From Scyliorhinus canicula (taxonomy: Eukaryota), in contig NC_052151.1 of NCBI RefSeq assembly GCF_902713615.1, positions 151,733,050 through 151,797,049 of the forward strand: 64,000 nt of DNA. The letters run 5' to 3'. A model generated the notes under the pieces. It did not search any database. It saw nothing but the letters and a program-made list of their open reading frames with translations, and was not told the DNA's origin. How positions within the stretch are numbered: position 1 is the stretch's first letter; each line of letters opens with the position of its first letter. The translations under genes were made by a program, and so were the position numbers. Of the stretch, positions 1 to 12,846 are shown piece by piece.

Positions 1-1802
1 GGTTTCGAAGATGGAAAAAGAGCAACTGCAAAGTTTAATTGGGCAACTGAATTGGTTAGGTAGTCAGACTAGACCGAACGTGAGTTTTGATGTCTTAGAG
101 CTGAGTACAAAAATGAACAATTCCAAAGTGGAAGACATAATAAGAGCAAATAAAGTGTTGGTCAAACTAAAAATGCAGGAGTGTGTTTTGAGGTTCCCGA
201 TTTTAGGTGACTTTAGGCACTTGAAACTCATAGTTTATAGCAGGCATTGTCAAACTCGGGGGCACGACATGCGGGTGGGTTGCGTGCGGGTGTCAGGAGG
301 GTCGCGGAGCCGTTCGTCGCAGCGCTCCCGATTGCGCAAATCTGCGTGCAACAGCCAGCTGTTAATAACGCTGGCTGCAAGCGGCCTTCAAAATGGCCAC
401 AAACATGTAAAGAAAATGCAGCCACAATGCGCATGTGTGCCAGATCATCGGCGCGCATGCGCAAAACTATGCACAAGCGCGCCAATGATGAGGCACGCAT
501 GTGCAGTGCTGCCGCCTTTTTTTTAAACGGTCGCAGCTTTTTGTTTTACACGTTTGGGGAGGGTTTTATTCATTTATTTAATTTTTATTTTTTCATTTAT
601 TTTATTCATTTTGTTTTTATTTTTTTACAAGTTCGGGGGGGGGGGGGGGGGGGAGTATTATTTGATAAAATTTTACAGGAAAAAAATGCAGAACTTTGGG
701 CAGATAGAGAGTCCATACCTTCCAAAATCGGATGGCTTCATCTTCATCCAACAGGTTCCATTGGAGGAGTGTGTACGAGTGCGAAAGGGACCCAAAACCA
801 TTTCCTCCATTTTTGTCAGCAGCAAACAAGGTAAGAGAAAATGGTGGGTCGCGCAGGTCGGCCAGCGTGGGTCGCGAAGGTCAGACTGCATGGGTCGCGA
901 AGGTCGGCTGGGTTGGATTCCGAAGGTTGGCCGTTTAGTGAAAATGGGTCCCCGGAAAAAAAGTTTGAAAAACACTGGTTTATAGTGATTCGTCCTATGC
1001 TATTTTATGTGATGGGGCTTCAAGCGCAGGAGGTTTAATAATTTTCCTTTTGGGGAACAATGGTAAATGTTGCCCTCTTGTGTGGGAAACAAAGAAAATA
1101 AGGAGAGTGGTCAAAAGCACTTTGGCTGCTGTGACGTTAAGCCTTGTAGAGGCGTTGGATATAGCCGTTTATATATCTTAGACATTGACAGAAATTTTGG
1201 TATTAGGAGATTTGGGTAACATACCTATTGAATGTCACATTGACAATAAATCCCTGTGGAAAAATGTGCGCTCTGCAAAAAGTGTCAATGAAAAAAGGTT
1301 AAGGACAGACATCGCAAGTTTGAAGCAGATGTTGGACAGAGGGGAAATAGCAAAGATTAAATGGGTTGGCAGTAGCTATCAACTATCAGACTGTTTTACA
1401 AAAAGAGGGGCTAACTCACAGAAACTATTGGATATTGTTAATTGACCTCGGGTGGGATTCTGTTTCTGTGAGTGTTTTTACTTTTCTTCCAAAAATGAAA
1501 AAAGGGGGGGGAAATTGCACGTGTGTTTTTGAATTTCTTGTAATTTTGTTTTCACCTCATTATTTTTTTTCTCCAAGGAAGGGGAGACTTAAGTAATGGG
1601 TTAAGAGACATTCCAATTAGTTGTCTCATTTATGTTATGTATCCAATAATTGACACTGATATTTAAAGGGGCTTCAGGTGGTCTTTGTGTCAGGTGATGT
1701 GATGTTAGAGTTTTGTGCAGTCTGTTGGAGTAAATTAATGGTGTCTGTGGGAAAGGAGCAGTACCTCTGACTCTTTATGCAACAGCAGCTAAACGTATAA
1801 CA
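1..1802 (+). mobile_element. 3' end of a Ty1/copia LTR retrotransposon (RT C-terminus, RNase H, PPT, 3' LTR), GalEa-like; interrupted and decayed
   Basis: QSLIGQLNWLGSQTRP, then after removing the MITE: IVYSDSSYA...SAGG...WETKKIRRVVKSTLAA...HIDNKSL...RLRTDIASLK...QLSDCFTK. One in-frame stop near 1180. PPT aggaaggggag at ~1576-1587; LTR ~1589-1802 ending TAACA. Confidence 0.8.
241..977. mobile_element. Non-autonomous hAT (Charlie-like) DNA transposon nested in the copia RNase H
   Basis: Exact 8-bp TSD GTTTATAG (233-240 and 978-985). Imperfect TIRs CAGGCATTGTCAAACT / AGTTTGAAAAACACTG. Confidence 0.9.
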
Positions 1803-3029
1803 ACGGCCTCACCTAGGTGACTTCTCCAGGGTGCCGTTTAGCACTGGTCCACACAAATGTGGACATGGCGTAACAGCATCTGGGGGGTGGAGGGGTCTTC
1901 CAGGCCATTAAATGCCCCTGAGTGGTCGGACTCTTGGCACCCCTGTTGGCACTGCCAAGATGCCTGTGTAGCGCTGTGAGGCTGGCAGGGGCACTGTCAA
2001 GGTGCCAGGCTAGCAGTGACAAGGATCAGGCTTGGGGGTGCCCAGCCCTTTAGAGGTGGGGTGAGGGGGGTAGAAGACCCCCTAAGAGGTCAGTTAGGGC
2101 AGTGGGAGATCAAAGGCCTGGGTGGAATCCCTGAGGAGGGTCAAAAGATTGGGCCAGCATTTAAAAACGGCACCCAATCCGCGAGTCATCTTCCTGCACT
2201 GACAAGCTGATCTTCTCAGTGCAAGTACGGATTCATTGGGCGTTCCCAACTGAGGCCTAAAAAAATGGCAGAGTCCCGTTAGATAGCAGGATTGTTCTGG
2301 GTGTTGTTGCAGGCATCGAGAAACACCCCACTATACACGACCAAAATGAGACTCTGGCCTGTATTCTTCTACCCAGCCTGCCACAAGAACGCCATGGGTG
2401 AGACAGCGACAATGGAAAAATCCATTGACCTCGGGTGGGATTCTCCGGTCGCCAGGCAAACGTGGCTGGAGAATCCTGCCCTCTGTCTTTTGCGCCTTAA
2501 ATTGCACCCTATATATTTCACTCCTAATATCTTCAGGGAAACAAGGGATAGGTAATAAATACTGCTGCAACTAAAAACCAAAAGTTCCACAGACAAAGTA
2601 GATGAAATACTTATTTCCATTGAGGCACAAATTATGGTTATATATGGGTGTAGTTTAAGTTTATTCATTACAGAATTATAACCAAATGACAGGATGATCA
2701 CATAGAACAGGTACTCAATAAATTGAAATAGCATATATTCTATGTTTCAGATATTGTTTACAGCAGAACAGGTAAAGGTATTCCATATTCGGGGTTGTGG
2801 GATGTTCGGCCAGATTGAAACTTGATGCAATTTCTCAAACCTGCAATACATAATTTGAAGTATAACTCTAAAATGGGTTTAATAGACCAGTCTCATCCTT
2901 CACATCAACATGATAACCAGATGAGAATGGATAACTATGTTGGCAAGGCACTTTGGTGTAACAAATTTACTTCAGTTTTTGCACGAAGAGGGACTTGCCT
3001 TCATATCATGCTTCTCACAACCTCCAGAC

Positions 3030-3350
3030 ATCTTTGTAATGTAGGAAATGCGGCAGTCAATTTGCGACATCAAACGCTGACAAACAGCAATGTGACAATG
3101 ACCAGATAGTCTGTTAGGGGATAAATATTGGCCAGAGCACAGAGAACTACCTTGCTTTTTCCCCCAAAAATTTTGACATGGAATCCTTTACATTCACCCA
3201 TACAGGCAGAAGATATAAAACATCTTCTTAATAAAAAGGCAGCACCTCTGACAATGAAGCACTCTCTCAATGTTCAAACATTGGAGTGGGGCTTGAATTC
3301 AGACCCTTACAACTCGGAGGCAAGAGTGCGACCAACTGAGTTACGGCTGG
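3030..3350 (-). mobile_element. Ancient DeuSINE-like (SacSINE1/AmnSINE1-type) SINE; another copy at ~63770-63990(+)
   Basis: Minus strand reads ctggccaatatttatcccc...ctggtcattgtcacattgctgtttg...caaattgactgccgcatttcctacattaca. Family recognised from memory only. Confidence 0.5.
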
Positions 3351-4062
3351 CCCTACACAATTCAACTTCAAACTGCCTTGCCTTGGAGTTACTTTTAACC
3401 TGCACGAGAAGTGATTGGTTTTATTCAGGGGAAAGCTTGCAGCTTTCTGTGTGAGAACGAACGCGAAATAACTCTGGGGCTGGCCAGTGGAAACACAGCC
3501 TGTGGCCCCAAGCTAACTGTCCAATCAATCTGCACCCTCGGGGTCATCTGCCTTTCTCTATTGATTGGGGCAAAGTGTCTGATTAATCTCACTCTATGGT
3601 TCTTTAGATCACTGATTACAGCAATTCTGTCACTTTCGTTTATTTAGACTGGAAGTGTTAGGGGATGATTTTCAGCATCACTGACTGGGCAGGGCACGTC
3701 ACTGACTATTGTAGTAGCTGACTGAGCAGGTTAAGGCCTAGGCGAAGAAGCTAGGATTTATCCCAGGATCTCAGGTAAGGAGGTGCTGGTTATCTGTCAC
3801 TGAACAAGGGAAGATGAGCAAAAGAGTCCTGTATATCTATTTTCAGTAGCTTGATTATGCAAATCACATCAGCTGATCACATGGTCATTTTCTTATTATT
3901 TCATCACAGTGAAAATAGCACACAGCTCATCGACATACCCAAAGCAAAAGAAATGAGGTTAGCAATACTTGTTCATGGTGCCTAGTTACAGTGTATTAAA
4001 TAAAGGCATGAAATTTATTTCAGCACTAATCGATCGCAGCTCAAATTCACCAGTGTACGAAG

Positions 4063-4192
4063 TCAGGTTTGTTCACAGTCACAGTGTTTTTTAATTACAA
4101 GAAGAGCATTTCGAAGGACCTCTTCCTTTGAAACACTGGCATCGACCACAACACAGGCTGGATTCTCCATTCTTCTGTAAGTTGCTTCCACC
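4063..4192 (-). CDS. CMPK2: CMPK2 coding exon 5 (last, 130 nt including TGA)
   Basis: cactag|G GTG GAA GCA; translates VEATYRRMENPACVVVDASVSKEEV...KKHCDCEQT*. Exons total 1299 nt = 432 aa + stop. A candidate AATAAA lies on the minus strand at 4014-4019. Confidence 0.92.
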
Positions 4193-4468
4193 CTAGTGTG
4201 AAAAAGATTACACATGTACTTGTTAAAATGATTAAAGCAGTTCTTGGCACAAACCACAACATTTGTTGGAGGCGATAAGTTCCTCTCACCAACCGGAAGT
4301 TTCAGTGTTATAATCTGCTGTTTTTTGTGTCAAATAATGTGGGCCTTAGTTTCAACTTCAGTACTTAGAATAAGCATCAAAACTACTTCAAGTGACATGA
4401 GACCACTTGACTGAATCACCATGAAGATTAAAGGCACTTCTGGAATCTCGTGAAGTTACATCAGACCA

Positions 4469-5353
4469 GGGGCGCGGCTTTTCCAACCTGTTGCACTCGG
4501 CGCAGATCCCGTTGTGCCAGCAGCATAGCGGGACAGGCCCAAAACGGGCTTCACGCTGGGTGCCGAACCGCACAGGAGTCATCCGACATTCGCTGGGCAA
4601 GATCCAGATAATCAGATTTAAATGAACCATTTGGCACATCTAAATATGCGCGGCCAGTTTGAGGCTGCAGTCTCCAACTCCCTGGAATCACACGCCGCAC
4701 CCGGGTGTCGATTAGTTCTGGTAGCCACAACGCAGACCTGACGTGATGGTCGCTCTATTGGTCTCAGAGGCCATTGGAATCCTCCCCCCCCCCCCCCCCC
4801 CCCCCCGGTAGTCAGGGACAGGGCAGGGCACCAGAGGCAGTGCTCAGGTACTGGGTTGGCAGTGCCAAGGAGTGGAGCCTGAGGGGGGCATGCCCATAAA
4901 GTGGGGTATGAAGGGGCATCAGGAAGGTTGGGGGAGATGAAGGGGGGGTCCTGAAAGTCCCACCCGGGTGTCACGCATGTAGCATTGGCAGGCTGGCAGG
5001 AGCACTACCAGGATGCCAGGCTGGCAGTACTAAGGTGCCGGGTGGGCATCTTGCACACGCCGGGGATCAGGCCAGGGGATGTTCTACATTTATGGAGTGG
5101 GGTGCGGGGGGCCAAAGACTCCCTCACTGGTGTTGGGGACTTGAGGGGGCCCGGAGGGCGTGGTGGGGGTTTCAGAGATCGAGGCGGCTTTTCACTTTCT
5201 GCACTGACGTGTGGATTTCGTTAGTGCAGAAAATGGGACCAAGTGTGGCCTCCATTTAGTAGCGGGGTTGTTCTCCTCCTGGCAGAGCTGGGAAACACCT
5301 GGCTGAACACGTCGGACACTGGACTCTTGTTTCATTTCCCTTAAATCCCACCC
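4469..5353. mobile_element. GC-rich MITE-like repeat in CMPK2 intron 4; related copies at ~1808-2481, 8221-9030, 16016-16340 and 44491-45261
   Basis: Shared ggcactgccaagg-type internal motifs and GGG...AATCCCRCCC-like ends. TSDs not resolved. Confidence 0.5.
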
Positions 5354-5945
5354 ATAATCTCCTACTGCATTGCCCACAAGTGCCTGAAATGCAGTTTTTA
5401 ATTATCTCCAGGAGAAAATACCCAGTCCCAGCTGTTGCTCACTGACATCCAGCTGCTTTACTGTTGGGGGTAAGGGTCTGCTTACTGCTTATACACTGCT
5501 TAAACAGTCTCCCATACGCTGAATCACCAGTTCCCACCACACTCTGGACCTATCCCAACTACAGAAACATTTCAATGAGAAACCAAACAGGAACCCACAA
5601 TTATCATAACATATAGTTCTCATAACAATGCCCGACCACTTTACAAATCTGCGAGGTGAACAATGAGCAGGAAGTAAAGGAATTGTGAAGGGAAAACTCA
5701 TGGAAGCAGAGAATACATATTGCTAGAGAATAAATTGAGGGTAAGGTTCAAAATCAAGGATAGGGATTTTGGATATTTGTTGTTTACTAACAAATTAAAA
5801 CTAGGAAAAGAGGGATCAAATTCTTGGTCAAAAAAAGATGGATTTTAAGAAATTTAAACATGTGGAGAGACAGAGAAAGTACTTTTCTGGAAAGACCTAA
5901 AGATGGCTGCCCTGTCTCCTTAGTTTTAAGTAAAGGCTGTCTTAC

Positions 5946-6179
5946 TTCTGTCGAAATAAACTGTTTGCTTCCAGCTCGATTTCTTCCTTTGTTCTCATCT
6001 CTCCTCTTTGTTCTAAGCGACGGACTCTCTCCTCTGCATCGACTGTGAGCAACAGCACCAAATCTGGTTGAACTAGATCTTGGGGCCACTGGTATAATTC
6101 ATGGTGTAGGGGTGGCAGGTTGTCCACCTTTCCACTGATTTCTGTCGCAATTGCATACGCTGCAGTGCTATGCCAAAAT
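5946..6179 (-). CDS. CMPK2: CMPK2 coding exon 4 (234 nt)
   Basis: ttctag|A TTT TGG CAT ... CAG AA|gtaag. Translates FWHSTAAYAIATE...YQWPQDLVQPDLVLLLTV...RVRRLEQRG...NSLFRQK, including the lid region. Confidence 0.95.
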
Positions 6180-6478
6180 CTAGAACATAACACAACATAT
6201 TCAAATCTTTATAAAGACAGACAGCATTACAAACAGTGAGATGACTTGGTAACTTGTGTGAAAAGTTGACAATTTTTGAAATGTCTTTACCGAACAAAAC
6301 TGGACTTCTTTCTCTGATCAATATTCAGAATAGTTTAATTTACACTAAATTAAGGTTCAGCTTCTTTGTTGACTTCTTAAGGAGTCGGTCAGTAAATGGA
6401 ATAAGTGCTGTCAGTTTACACAAAGTTATATTCTGTTTTGTCAAAAGATTCATTAAATGTCAGTGTATCTAATAATGT

Positions 6479-6977
6479 TGGCAGGATTCTCCGACCGGAG
6501 AATCGCCACCAGCCGCATGCGCGGTCGACATGGCGCCGGTGCCCCCGCGGCGATTCTCCTCTGTCAACCGGCCAAATTCCTGCTAGCGTGGTTCTAACAT
6601 GGTTCCACCCGGCGGGAGCTCGGACCCGCGGCCGTGGTGGCCGACCTGGTGGGTGTGGGGGGGGGGGTTCAGACTCCAGGTGAGGGGCCTCCACGACGGC
6701 CAGGCCCGCGATCGGGGGCCATGGATCGACGTGCGTGCGCGATCCGGGGGTGGGTGGTGCCTTCCTTCTTCCACGCCGGCTCGCTGTGTGGCTCCGCCAT
6801 GCTGCGTGGCGCCAGCGTGCAAGTGGCCTCCAAGTGCATGCACGAACTCGCGGTGCGCATGCACAGAGCACTCCAGCGCCGTGCTGACCCCCTGTGGGCA
6901 ACCAAACCACTGGGCTTGAAATAGTCCGGTGTTTACGCCGGCATCAACAATTAGCCGTGTTTTCAGAGAATCCCGGC
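6479..6977. mobile_element. GC-rich PIF/Harbinger-type MITE in CMPK2 intron 3
   Basis: GGCAGGATTCTCC / AGAGAATCCCGGC termini; possible TGT duplication. Confidence 0.7.
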
Positions 6978-7972
6978 TGTAATCTTTTAACTTAAGACAC
7001 ACCAGACAATGCAACAAATATTGATCTTTTAATAGATGGTTTTTAAGGACTAGTTCATCATCAAATAGCAAATAAATCATTTTGTGAAATTGAACCAACT
7101 GATCCAAAGAATAAGAAGGCTAGTCAGTAAACTAGCAGGTAGCAGACTCTGCAACTCATGAAGACTGGAATAAACCATTTGGTCCCTTATGCTTGTTCTG
7201 CCATTCAACTAAACTATGGACGATCCATAATCTAACTCCATTCACTCCCCTGTTTCTGTAACCCTTAATATTCTTGCCTCACAAAAAAAAACTATTTATT
7301 TCACTTCTGAAATCTTCAATTGACCTGGCATGTAAAGCTTTTTGGGAGGGAGTATTTTAAATTTCCATTATCCTTCCTGTGAAGTGCTTTATGACTTCTC
7401 CCTTCAATGGCTTCGCTCTAATTTTAAAGTTACGCTCCTTCTGCATGACACCACCAGAGGAAACTGTTTCCTGCACCTGCCCATAAATTAATTTAATCAC
7501 CTCAAGCTAGTTTGGGCATGCATGGAACAGTGTTCTGCAAAGTGTCATTGGCTGTTTCAAGCAAAATCCTGTAGTTCTGCGCCTTCTACATTGTTTTCTT
7601 TGTAATATTTGTGTTTCTGCACTAAACCTGAGTAAGGGATCACGTTACAAAATGCCTTTCTTTCTAACAGAATTTCTATTTATTACAGCTGCAATGATAC
7701 TGACAGCTAATGTGCTTCAGAACTTAATTGATTGTATGTTCAAAGTTATAAATTCATCAGTTATCACTGGAGATCCACATTGTTATAAATTGTTAGTTTT
7801 TCACTGGGCACCATTGAAAGTTACACGCCAATGAACCATCAATGTTTATGTATGAAAGTTACATGGCAGAGGATTATTTGTGTACACTAAGGGGAGTTAC
7901 ACACCAACAGACCATCTCTGAAAGCCAGGCATGTTATTCACTGAAGTTGAAACTTCTAAAGGCTATACGTAC

Positions 7973-8174
7973 CGGTCTACAATTACTGGAGACTTTTCAG
8001 ACACACTTGCTATGGTGGAAGCAGTAATGTAATTGCCTAAAGCATAAAAAGCCCGTCGAATGGGAGGTGGCTTTGCGTCAAACGTTTCTCTCAAGTGGCC
8101 AATGCAATCTGGTGGGGACTTCAAAAGTGTTGCTTGGATAGAGTTTCTTAAAGCCTCGGTCAAAGTACTTTTTC
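7973..8174 (-). CDS. CMPK2: CMPK2 coding exon 3 (202 nt)
   Basis: tttag|GA AAA AGT ... GTA GAC CG|gtacgt. Translates (G)KSTLTEAL...LKSPP...IRRAFYALGNY...PVIVDR. Phases match exons 2 and 4. Confidence 0.95.
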
Positions 8175-9391
8175 CTAAAGATAAATACAAAGGTTAAAGC
8201 CACACCCATAACACACCATAGGGCAGTTCTGTCCCGTTGTTTATTATTGACTTAAAATGCACAGGCTACATATAACCAGAGCTCTGAGCAAAGGAAACAC
8301 ATGGGGCAGGGCTGATAAAAGTCAGGAGACCCTGCTCCTGGGATCTACCTGGCTCGCAACGAGACGTTGCGATGTGAATCACGGCCATTGTATGTGGGAT
8401 CACTGTTTGGCAAATCTGCATATTAAAGCAAGCAGTCTCACTTTGATATGCAGATTCCTGATATACCTGAGGCTTTGGAATCTAACCACTTTGCTTTGGA
8501 GACCTTAGGTGAGCACAATTTGTTACTGGTCTCCACAAAGAGGGACCAATTGGAACTACACGTGGGGGTCTCCCAGAGGATTGGAGGCCTTCAGCTGCAT
8601 GCCCTTCGGGTAGGATGGTGCCCTGGCACTGCTGGTGCCAGCCTGGGCGCAAGCCTGGCACTGCAAAGGTGCCCAAGTGGCATGCCAGCTGGCATTGGTA
8701 CTGCCAGTTTGGCACTGCCAAGGTGCCAAGTTGGCATTTTTTGCACGGGTGCGATTGTGCTTGTGCTGCCCTGTGTGGGTGTTTTTTTCGGGGGGGGGGC
8801 AGGACGGGGCCCCTCTTATCATGTGTTTGGGCAGGGGGGGGGTCAGGGGTCGCTTCGGGGGCCTCAGAGATCGGGAGGCCATTTTCAAATGCTACACAGA
8901 GGGGTTCTGGAGCGGAGCTGCTCAGTGTAGAAAATTGGGCTTTGTGCGGCGTCAGCCGTATGTTTCCTGCTGAGGCACCGTGTACAATGCGAGTGGCTCA
9001 AGCGAGTGATTACAATCACTCAAGCGGGTGATTTCACTGCACTTACTTCTCTTTGAAACATTGGGCTTTCACCACTTAGGCCACTGAAGCTCGAAGGGAT
9101 ATGAATGGATCAAAGCTACAGAAGGTTTTAACGAACTGTCAATAACAAACCACTCCACCTAAGCCATGAATGGATTGCAGACAGTGGATTTGTGGGAACC
9201 AGAGGCAGGTACATCTGGTCCCCTTTGAAGAATGGACATATGGAGCTGCAAGGTAAGTATTACAGTTATATTGCTTCCCGCAGCCCCTGTCTGGACTGCT
9301 CTCCAGCTTCCAGACAGGGGTCTTATTTCTGGGGGGAGGGGGATCTGTTTGGGAGTCTCTGTGGGAGGAGGAGGTCGGTGGAGCGGGGTTC

Positions 9392-9580
9392 CTTTAGACA
9401 GGTGGTCCTGGTCTATTACAGGGGCCCTTTGGGGCGGTCTCTCTATTACAAGGGTCCCTGTGGGGTGGTTCCTTATCACAGGGGTCCCTGTGGGTGGTTC
9501 CCTATCATAGGGTCCCTGTGGGGTGGTTCCTTATCACAGGGGTTCCTGTGGGGGGAGGGTTTCCCTATTACAGGGGACCC
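9392..9580. repeat. Degenerate ~29-30 bp tandem repeat, about 6 copies
   Basis: Unit approximately GGGGTCCCTGTGGGGTGGTTCCTTATCACA. Confidence 0.75.
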
Positions 9581-10862
9581 CGGGGATGGGTGCGGGGGGT
9601 GCGGGTCAGGCCTCTCCTGCACTTGGGGGTGATGGGGAGGGCATCCAGGCAAACCGGAATATGGGGGTGCTGTGAAGTGCGGGGAGGGAGGGAGGGGTCA
9701 GGGCAGATTTGCGGTACGGGGGGGTGGGGTGGGGGGTGGGGCTCTAATGGTCTCTACCATCATGGCCCTGGTGTGGTGAACCTCGCGGAGGGCCAACTGT
9801 TGCTCCTTTGGCCCAATACGAGGTCCACCACGTCAGGTTCACGATTGTTGAGACCACAAATGACCCTCTCCCACATGATTCCCGGCCGCGGAGACCGGAA
9901 AATCACAGGAGAGCGGAGCTTAGGGCGTCGGGCCGCTAAATAGATGCAAATGGATCATTACAACCCATTTGCATTTATTTCCATGCTCCTCCTGGCATGT
10001 GGCGCGGAATTCACGCCACCGGCGAGTGATCTGAGCATGATGTTCGGGTCAGCCCCTGGCTTCAATCCCAATTTTGCCCTGACGGCTGACTCTCCATCCC
10101 ATCAGGGAACGCTTTCTGGGAGTTATGGGGACGGAGATGTTCTACTTGCTCAGCCATCCAATAGCCGAGTGGTTACTTAGATTATCTCGTGAGTTATAAA
10201 AGAGAGAAGGTCGCAAGCGAGATTGCTGTTTCGTGCTGATGCTATTGGTATGTAACAGTATCACAACAGGCCAAGAAGGAAAAAAATTGAACCACGGATC
10301 TCACTCCTCTTCCTATCCAACAATCCTAGAGGGATCAGATAAGTTTCTCTTGGGAGGAGGATCAAATGACATTCAGCTGTGACACCCTTTATCATTGAAT
10401 AGGCTTGTACATACAGAAAGAAAACGAGTGAGGTGCCCCAAAAAATTCAGCATCCTTTGAAGCAGGACCTTTGGGCGGGAAGAAACAGTTCTGCCCCTCA
10501 CCCATGCAAATATATTATGAGGAACTATAGGATCTCACTGAAATGAGTGTAATCATTGCTGTTTACTTATTTATTATTCTGGGAGTAGTTATTTAAATCC
10601 TATTTTATTGACTTGATCACTCCATAATTAAGGTAGCCAATATCATTCTTATATGTGGCACTTTAACATTAAAAGGCTTAGTTGAGGATTAATGGATCTA
10701 GCTCCTTAATTGGTGGCCTGCCTGTTCTGCCTGTTGGCAATAGTTTAGGACTTTTACGCAATACTAATTTACACAAACTGCTGAATGCAGCATGCTTTGT
10801 GAAGAATGTTACATGGTATGTATTCTAGTTGTGTAAAATATAAACCATCTGATGTTTCCTAC

Positions 10863-10977
10863 CTGTTGCATCGAGTCCTTCTATCGCAATTACTGGAAAT
10901 GGACCCTTTTTACACGTCCTGTCACACTGATCCGCTAATTGCAGAATATCCTTGGCTTTGGGAACCAGACCTACACA
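10863..10977 (-). CDS. CMPK2: CMPK2 coding exon 2 (115 nt), start of P-loop
   Basis: Acceptor ttcatcaaag|, donor ACAG|GTAGGA. Translates CVGLVPKAKDILQLADQC...FPVIAIEGLDATG, the thymidylate-kinase-family P-loop. Confidence 0.92.
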
Positions 10978-11096
10978 CTTTGATGAACAGAAATACAAAC
11001 ACAACATTCAATATAATAGGAATTTTCAGGCCAGCCTATAAATCATTGTTATTTGTCTTAGCATTTGGGACCTGAATGCTTTTGCTTAACGCTGTT

Positions 11097-11178
11097 GGGC
11101 AGGATTCTCCGACCCCCCCGGGATTTTCCGAACCACCTACCTGACCGGCAGGATTGGCGCGCGGGCAGGCTCGGGGGT

Positions 11179-11220
<42 letters not shown>

Positions 11221-11633
11221 ACGGGGCGTTCTGACTCCGGGGGGGTGCCACCGATCGGCGGGTGGGCCTGTGCTGTGGGGGCACTCTTTTGCTTCCGCCT
11301 TCGCCATGGTCTTCACCATGGTGGAGGCGGAAGAGACCCCCTCCCCTGCGCATGCGCTGGTATGACGTCAGCAGCCGCTGACGCTCCGGCGCATGCGCGG
11401 ACTTACGCCGGCCGACAAAGTCCTTTCGGCCCCGGCTGGCGTGGCGCCAAAAGCCGTTCACGCCAGCCGGCGGAGTGGGAATCACTCCGGTGCGGGCCTA
11501 GCCCCTCAATGTGAGGGCTTGGCCCCTAAAGGTGCGGAGACTTCACCTTTGGGGTGGCCCGACGCCGGAGTGGTTCACGCCACTCCGATACGCCGGGACC
11601 CCCCGCCCCGCCGGGTAGGGGAGAATCCCGGCC
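11097..11633. mobile_element. GC-rich PIF/Harbinger-type MITE
   Basis: TIR GGGCAGGATTCTCC / GGAGAATCCCGGCC, 3-bp TSD GTT, internal G38 run. Confidence 0.8.
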
Positions 11634-12484
11634 GTTATCTTTTTAAAAATGATGTTTAATATAAAAAGACACGTTCAATGAATGAATAAAGTTATGCTTT
11701 TATTGCACCCCTTAAGGGAGCACATAACGAAAGCTGGCCAAGTCCACTGTTGCTCCTATTGCACGGTACAAGGTCACAAGATCAGGATCCATGTGGTCAA
11801 GGTCCTAGGCACGGAATCTCCCATCTCATTTGTGAAGAAGCCAGACTCTCCCCATGAAAGCAAAGACAAAGCACAGAGTTTATTTATGTTGCCCTTTCAT
11901 ATGGTTCAATGAGATTGGCCTTAGAGCAGGTCATTTGCACACCCTCTCAACCCAACATGGTGTTTATGCATCAAACAAATCAAGAATGGGAGCAGAATGG
12001 AAATTTCTTTGAAAAGACTCTCACTGTATGTGCATACACACACTAAAGTAATTCAATTATTTTTTTAAAACACATGGCGGTTTGTACATGTTTCAAGAGG
12101 CGGAATCAGATGAATGGACTGACTTCATCTCTTTTTGCCAAATGAAAAACAATTTCCAAGGATGGTACACATAACAATCACTAAAATCATCGGCAATATG
12201 AAACCCCTGAAGGAAAGCATAGCTGGTTTTCATTTTAAGAAGTGGGTAAAATGTGGAAATGCCACAGAAATAGCACCTAGAAGAAGAGAGCTTGACAAAT
12301 AACCAGCAAAATACTGTGAATATTGGAAATCCAGACTATTTTTGAAGGGTAACTTTGGTGAAAATTACGACATCTGGAGGCCGGCTCCAACTCACATCTG
12401 CGGGTTCAGCACTTTCAGTTGTGTGTGTGTCGGCCAGTTCAGGGAGATGGGTTAATGATTCGAATATTTAAATTATGATATTGC

Positions 12485-12846
12485 TGTAGTGATCTCTGTA
12501 TGTGCATGTACATAATGTGTAATCAGTAGCACCAGATTATCACTCGAGGGCTGGACCAACAGGGGTATAAAAGCAACCACATTGTGTCTCTCTCGCTCTC
12601 TTTTGGATGTACTGTGACCTGGACAGGAGTAACAGATTAGCTCAGGCGGTTAGTGTAGTTACGCATAGTTACTGTAGTTAGATCTTGTTAACCTTATCAC
12701 TAGCATCAATGTTAAAGTAAAGAACTCACGCAATTATTGTTATAGTTACTTAATAAACTTTTTGTTACTACTGGATGAGTTGAGTCTTCTTCATCGAGAT
12801 TCAGAAGACCTCATCAGTAACCAAGGCTTGATTAACACATATTACA
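12485..12846 (+). mobile_element. Probable solo LTR
   Basis: TGTAGT...ATTACA termini, TATAAAA (~12566), AATAAA (~12752). No TSD found. Confidence 0.55.

Noticed and set aside
228-1038. Overlapping ORFs up to 195 aa
   Set aside because: They lie inside the hAT MITE; low-complexity translations with no domain motifs.
2500-4000. NRIR-like lncRNA downstream of CMPK2
   Set aside because: Only positional analogy to human; nothing in the sequence supports it.
9392-9580. Repeat array as a CRISPR-like locus
   Set aside because: No unique spacers, degenerate tandem units, eukaryotic context.
8448-10180. Many 80-160 aa Gly/Pro-rich ORFs
   Set aside because: Products of GC-rich MITEs and a tandem repeat in CMPK2 intron 2; stop-poor by composition.
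11181-11218. Long G/C homopolymers (also ~23674, 46394, 62410) as functional G-quadruplexes
   Set aside because: Mostly inside repeats, frequent throughout the window, and lengths are unreliable in assemblies.
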